This document shows, in pieces, positions 28,724 through 32,000 of a stretch of 32,000 bases of DNA (positions are counted from its first letter, which is position 1; the number at the start of each line of letters is the position of its first letter). The stretch lies in NCBI RefSeq assembly GCF_013177435.1, contig NZ_CP053627.1, forward strand, positions 1,290,001-1,322,000, written 5' to 3'. This stretch comes from Xylella taiwanensis. GTDB lineage: Bacteria; Pseudomonadota; Gammaproteobacteria; Xanthomonadales; Xanthomonadaceae. Under the pieces are notes generated by a model, which ran no database searches, was not told where the DNA came from, and saw only the letters and a program-made list of their open reading frames with translations. A program made the position numbers and the translations under genes.

Positions 28724-29228
28724 GACCCTGCAGTACCGTTTTGTCCTGCGCCGCGGGCGTGCGGCTACATGGACGGCACGCAATGAATGCCTGCTGGCCG
28801 GTGAGTTTGGTTTGGAAACCGACACCGGCAAATTGAAGATTGGCGATGGCAGCACCGCCTGGAATGCGCTGGATTACATGAAGGCCGGCACGCCCATTGG
28901 CACGGCCAACGCGGGCCGCGGCGTCACCATCGATGTGACTAACCCGCAGGTGCCGGTCCTCAGTGTCCTGGTCTATGAAGCCGGCCCAGGGATTGACATC
29001 ACAGACGGGGTGATCACTAACACGCGCGCCGGCATCGTGCTGACGGGTGTTGTGGCCGATTACGCCCACCTGCCCAGTACGCCCACTGCGGGGGCGGCCT
29101 ATCTGGTCACTGACGATGGGCTGATGTACGTGTACGACGGCGCCGCCTGGCCCGCCGATGGCGAAGGGATCGACCTGCGCGGCGGCGGCGCTGACAACGG
29201 CTACGGCAACTTTGGTGGAGGACTCTGA
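28716..29228 (+). CDS. tail-fibre / receptor-binding-type protein with conserved fibre N-terminal motif
   Basis: An internal ATG at 28716 of ORF 28629-29228 is preceded by GGAGG (28703-28707). MVETLQYRFVLRRGRAATWTARNECLLAGEFGLETDTGKLKIGDGSTAWNALDYM matches the widespread fibre N-terminal pattern (xxRRGTxAxWxxxNPxLxxGExGxExDTxxxKIGDGxTxWxxLxY). The C-terminus is Gly-rich. Confidence 0.6.
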   Translation: MVETLQYRFVLRRGRAATWTARNECLLAGEFGLETDTGKLKIGDGSTAWNALDYMKAGTPIGTANAGRGVTIDVTNPQVPVLSVLVYEAGPGIDITDGVITNTRAGIVLTGVVADYAHLPSTPTAGAAYLVTDDGLMYVYDGAAWPADGEGIDLRGGGADNGYGNFGGGL

Positions 29229-29230
29229 TC

Positions 29231-29650
29231 ATGGCTAAATCCAGCAAGCAATCATTCGTGCAAAGCGTCGGCAACTTCGCCGCACAGATCACCACGGCCA
29301 GCGGCGCGGGAAACAAGGTCACGCTGTTTACGGTCGGCAGTGAGCGCGGCGAGGACGAAGAACTGCGGGCGTTGCACATCAGTAACACCGACACCACCGC
29401 CATCGTGGTCAATTTTTATGTGCAGCTTGCCGGGGCCGGCCCTGACTTTTTGATCGGCAGCGTGAGCGCCGCGCCAGGCGCCACGACCGATGCGCGTACG
29501 GCGGCGGGGCTGGCGGGACTGTTTCAGTACGACGTCAACGGAAACCGGGTGCATTACATGCAGAAGACACACACCTGGAAGGCCGCCGCCGTCACCGCAC
29601 CTGCCGCAGGTAAGACGCTGGATATCTTCGGCGTGACGGGGAAATTCTGA
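29231..29650 (+). CDS. phage virion-module protein, unknown function (139 aa)
   Basis: GGTGGAGG lies upstream, and the start is 2 nt after the preceding stop. Composition matches the neighbouring phage genes. I recognised no family. Confidence 0.5.
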   Translation: MAKSSKQSFVQSVGNFAAQITTASGAGNKVTLFTVGSERGEDEELRALHISNTDTTAIVVNFYVQLAGAGPDFLIGSVSAAPGATTDARTAAGLAGLFQYDVNGNRVHYMQKTHTWKAAAVTAPAAGKTLDIFGVTGKF

Positions 29651-29720
29651 TGGGCGCGCCCTTGGATTTATCGTCGTTTAGTGGTTGAAATTCAGCTGCT
29701 TTGAGATTGTTGTATTGCCA

Positions 29721-29973
29721 TTACCCTTCTTCATCTCTATGCAAACGGCCACTGCCCATGAGCCGAACTGGCTTTCCGAATAAATGGTGAGCTAAGTCCT
29801 TAGCCAATTCCCGAGTGACTTTAAAATGCCACGTGTTGCCGTCACCATCTTCAATGATGGCATGTGTGGCTTTTATCCTTTCCCCCGATACCGACCAAAA
29901 CGCCATCCTTAATGACCTCTTGAATAAACGGTCCAAATTTCGGCGCACGAAACTGTTTTCTTCTACGAATCAT
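29721..29973 (-). pseudogene. small ORF (~84 aa if repaired) split by a frameshift at a G5 run, downstream of vapC
   Basis: My own minus-strand translation gives MIRRRKQFRAPKFGPFIQEVIKDGVLVGIGG... (stop at 29851). After the GGGGG run (complement of 29882-29886) a second frame continues ERIKATHAIIEDGDGNTWHFKVTRELAKDLAHHLFGKPVRLMGSGRLHRDEEG* (stop at 29721). Confidence 0.3.
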
Positions 29974-30001
29974 CTCAACAGTCACGTCTATTGAAACAAG
30001 G

Positions 30002-30397
30002 TCAGAGCAGGCGCGCGGCATGTCCCTGCTTCGTGAGTAGCGACACCGCTTTCTTGTCGAAGGAGACGAACGTTTCAGCGCCGAGCCAAGTGCCGTCATA
30101 TGCAATGACGCCATCGGCAAAATCTCCCCCTGCATCAAGCATCTCAAGGCCAGCCTCAGCGGCTGGGCGATTGACTACGACATTGTTTGTGTTCAACAGC
30201 ATACGGAGTGCGGCGGCAATGTCAGCACGTGCCGCACCGTATCGGCTACACAGTACCCATACGAGCTCGCATAACGATTGCAGGCTCACCGCTACCATAT
30301 CGGCTGCTTCCAGTAGTTCGACAGCCTGTGTGGTTTGAGCTTCATCATCGTCAACGATGGTTCGAAGCAGTACGTTCGTATCAGCGGTCACTTTCAT
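30002..30397 (-). CDS. vapC: PIN-domain toxin (VapC family)
   Basis: This is a 131-aa ORF. MKVTADTNVLLR carries the N-terminal acidic PIN residue, and further acidic residues (DDDE, FADGVIAYD) sit in PIN-like positions. There is a 4-nt overlap with the upstream antitoxin. Confidence 0.8.
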   Translation of the reverse strand: MKVTADTNVLLRTIVDDDEAQTTQAVELLEAADMVAVSLQSLCELVWVLCSRYGAARADIAAALRMLLNTNNVVVNRPAAEAGLEMLDAGGDFADGVIAYDGTWLGAETFVSFDKKAVSLLTKQGHAARLL

Positions 30398-30660
30398 GCG
30401 TCACTAGCTCCGGCTACCGCGCCGGCTTCGGCTATCGCATCGTTGATTTCCTCGATACTCAACCGAGCGCCGTTCGTCTTGTCTTTGAGGAAGCCCCTCA
30501 ATTCGTGGAACGAGCCTTTGGGCTGTGCGGCTTTTAACTCGGCTCGGCCATCAGGCAACAAATCTAGCTCGATCCGCTCACCTGGTTTGATACCCAAGTG
30601 CTGCAATATTTCTTTACGGAATGTCACTTGGCCACGTGCGGTGACCGTTAGCGTGCTCAT
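30394..30660 (-). CDS. vapB: AbrB/SpoVT/MazE-fold antitoxin (VapB family)
   Basis: The start is an ATG at 30660 preceded by GGAGG with a 7-nt spacer. MSTLTVTARGQVTFRKEILQHLGIKPGERIELDLLPDGRAEL is a swapped-hairpin (SpoVT/AbrB) DNA-binding motif. Confidence 0.8.
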   Translation of the reverse strand: MSTLTVTARGQVTFRKEILQHLGIKPGERIELDLLPDGRAELKAAQPKGSFHELRGFLKDKTNGARLSIEEINDAIAEAGAVAGASDA

Positions 30661-30687
30661 GGCGTTACCTCCATTAGTTTGCCTTGT

Positions 30688-30713
30688 ATTATAATGCAAA
30701 ATTGCATTATAAT
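30688..30713. promoter_or_regulatory. perfect palindrome, candidate vapBC operator overlapping -10-like boxes
   Basis: The sequence is ATTATAATGCAA-aa-TTGCATTATAAT, with 12-bp arms and a 2-nt spacer. It lies 28-53 nt upstream of the vapB start, and each arm contains TATAAT. Confidence 0.6.
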
Positions 30714-30777
30714 TAAGCTACCAAGCTCAAATGGAAGTTGTAAACTGGAATTACAGCCTCCTGAAAATAATTAGCTG

Positions 30778-31218
30778 CTAAACGCTTATTTTTCCTGGTA
30801 AGTTGAATTGACTTTTAATCCGCTGGTCGCTGGTTCGATTCCAGCACGGCCCACCAGCTTTTTTGAGCGCTTCCACCCCACCGTGGTTTGTCATACTGGC
30901 CTGCGATGTGTGAGGCAGACTGACCCCTACGCCCACTACTAGCGTTGCTACTGTCGTGGTGAGTCGTTTGTACAGCTTCGCCCATTCTCTACCAAGGTCG
31001 CCTTTGTCTTGTTCTGACCTGATGAGTAGTAGCCAGTGTCCTGCATCTTCTCCTGCGATTTTTGCTAGTTGTCTGATTCGTTCGTCTGGTATCGGTTTTG
31101 TTCCGTTTCGCCATTCATATAGCACTCCGTGTGCAATTTCTAGCCGTTCTGCAAGTGCATGCACATTACTCCTGTCTAGACGCTGAACAGCAAGCTCTAT
31201 TAGTTTTTTTACGTACAT
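30778..31218 (-). CDS. Cro/CI-type HTH regulator with hydrophobic C-terminal segment; 3' end reads through a tRNA fragment
   Basis: This is a 146-aa ORF. The HTH is VHALAERLEIAHGVLYEWRNGTKPIPDERIRQLAKIAG. A GGAGA Shine-Dalgarno lies 6 nt upstream of the ATG. The last ~25 codons (...GGPCWNRTSDQRIKSQ...) are the antisense of the tRNA-like fragment, so the native C-terminus was probably replaced. Confidence 0.6.
   Translation of the reverse strand: MYVKKLIELAVQRLDRSNVHALAERLEIAHGVLYEWRNGTKPIPDERIRQLAKIAGEDAGHWLLLIRSEQDKGDLGREWAKLYKRLTTTVATLVVGVGVSLPHTSQASMTNHGGVEALKKAGGPCWNRTSDQRIKSQFNLPGKISV
30809..30856 (+). other. 3' fragment of a tRNA-Lys(UUU)-like gene (anticodon loop to CCA); probable att-site relic
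   Basis: The fragment is TGACTTTTAATC...GCTGG-TTCGATT-CCAGC-ACGGCCC-A-CCA: an intact T arm, 3' acceptor strand and CCA, followed by GCTTTTTT. There is no complementary 5' acceptor strand (GGGCCGT) or D arm upstream, so it is not a complete tRNA. Confidence 0.65.
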
Positions 31219-31222
31219 ATTT

Positions 31223-31323
31223 TGTCTCCAAATGGTAGATATTTGACTCTAAAAAGAGTAATTTTAAAACTGTCTCAACTTGGAGACAGATTGCCTCCTC
31301 ATTCAACCTACCTGGTGAGGAGG
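31223..31323. promoter_or_regulatory. divergent control region with repeated TGTCTC/GAGACA half-sites and a second hairpin
   Basis: The repeats are TGTCTCCAA (31223-31231), CTGTCTCAA (31270-31278) and TTGGAGACA (31280-31288); the last two form a hairpin. A second pair is CCTCCTCA (31294-31301) / TGAGGAGG (31316-31323). The first copy also contains the HTH gene's Shine-Dalgarno, so an operator role is uncertain. Confidence 0.3.
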
Positions 31324-31362
31324 TGTTCCAATCAAAGGGTAGGTCAGGGTAGGAGCTGACGC

Positions 31363-31623
31363 GTGTTGATCTTTAGAGACGGTAAGCCGTGTAAGGGCAT
31401 GTCATACGATCCTAGTGTGATTACGTATCGCATGTTTTTACGTGATCGCATTTCATCTTTGACCCTTGTTTTAGATCGTCTTGATGAGATTGTTTTGAAG
31501 GCTGATTGCGCGTTAGATGATTTGGCGGGATTGGAGGGTGCGCGTTCGGTTCGTTTAGCTGATGAATTTTTAACAACTGTTTTTTCTGCTTATGTAGCTT
31601 GCAGGACATTAATTGAGCATTGA
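31363..31623 (+). CDS. hypothetical small protein (86 aa; alternative ATG at 31399)
   Basis: ORF-track entry divergent from the HTH gene, in an AT-rich region. I recognised no family. Confidence 0.3.
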   Translation: MLIFRDGKPCKGMSYDPSVITYRMFLRDRISSLTLVLDRLDEIVLKADCALDDLAGLEGARSVRLADEFLTTVFSAYVACRTLIEH

Positions 31624-31653
31624 CATGCTCTTGATAATACGAGTGTTTGATAT

Positions 31654-31836
31654 ATGCGCATCACCGATACTGAGCGAGGTGCTCGTGTGGCCTTAGAGAT
31701 TGCAGATATTCATGCATTGCAATTTGATTTATTTGAGGTGATTCCAGATCAGTTGGAGTTTTGGTCCGATATACGTGTTGCGGCATTGGATCAGTTGGAT
31801 GAATGCGCTTTATTGAGGCAAGTATTGTGTTTATAG
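31654..31836 (+). CDS. hypothetical small acidic protein (60 aa)
   Basis: ORF-track entry on the same strand as, and downstream of, 31363-31623. I recognised no family. Confidence 0.25.
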   Translation: MRITDTERGARVALEIADIHALQFDLFEVIPDQLEFWSDIRVAALDQLDECALLRQVLCL

Positions 31837-31860
31837 CTACTTTTCAAGCGAGTGTTGTTT

Positions 31861-31995
31861 ATGGATGACTTCACGTTCAGATTAATTACTTTTTTTCTCA
31901 TTCATTTTATTCTCTTTCTTGATCATTTTGGGTGGCTTGTTATTTTGATTTCTTTTGTTTTTCTATATAGGGCGCTTACTCGTACAGATTTTTAA
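31861..31995 (+). CDS. possible 44-aa hydrophobic peptide
   Basis: My own reading gives MDDFTFRLITFFLIHFILFLDHFGWLVILISFVFLYRALTRTDF*, with two hydrophobic stretches. The Shine-Dalgarno is weak. It is below the ORF-track size cut-off. Confidence 0.2.
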   Translation: MDDFTFRLITFFLIHFILFLDHFGWLVILISFVFLYRALTRTDF

Positions 31996-32000
31996 TGATA

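Noticed and set aside
30780-30856. Possibility of a complete tRNA-Lys gene
   Set aside because: The T arm, 3' acceptor strand and CCA are present. However, there is no 5' acceptor strand complementary to ACGGCCC, no D arm, and the anticodon stem does not pair. I therefore call it a fragment only.
1-32000. Search for CRISPR arrays, rRNA, tmRNA-like tag sequence, long tandem repeats, reverse transcriptase/retron or DGR components
   Set aside because: Reading both strands by eye, I found no regularly spaced direct repeats, no rRNA-like conserved blocks and no RT (YxDD) ORF. Short repeats that were seen are listed individually. A computational repeat scan is still advisable.

Overview
By gene content and order this looks like a chromosomal segment of a Xanthomonadaceae-type gammaproteobacterium, possibly Xylella-like; that is an inference, not a search result. 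Positions 1-20813 are mostly core genome. They hold a partial beta-ketoacyl-ACP synthase, a 1107-aa membrane-anchored ankyrin-repeat protein, a 1.1-kb ORF-free AT-rich spacer, MprF, a RidA-family protein and tRNA-Arg(CCT). These are followed by a secreted beta-barrel-like protein, Hsp33, MtgA, MutS, YggS, tRNA-Gly(GCC) with an IS-transposase relic, BirA-CoaX-SPOR, and tRNA-Thr(UGU). From the 3' end of tRNA-Thr to the window end (20814-32000) the sequence is a patchwork of decayed mobile DNA. It contains two frameshifted tyrosine-integrase genes, a MazF-like stub, a GHKL-ATPase fragment and a frameshifted lambda-type portal gene cut off by a very AT-rich GH25 lysozyme cassette. It also contains a BRO-N fragment, a HigB/HigA-type TA pair whose toxin looks frameshifted, and a GC-rich partial virion module (DUF4054-like, gp10-like pseudogene, vWA/MIDAS protein, tail-fibre-like protein). 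The region ends with a VapBC pair with a perfect palindromic operator, a 3' fragment of a tRNA-Lys-like gene, and a Cro/CI-like HTH gene with divergent small ORFs. The most unusual item is an opposite-strand, lower-GC type IV pilin gene wedged into the phage head-tail operon, which I read as a candidate moron. I saw no CRISPR array, rRNA, reverse transcriptase or complete known defence system. All functional calls come from reading motifs by eye, and no database search was run.
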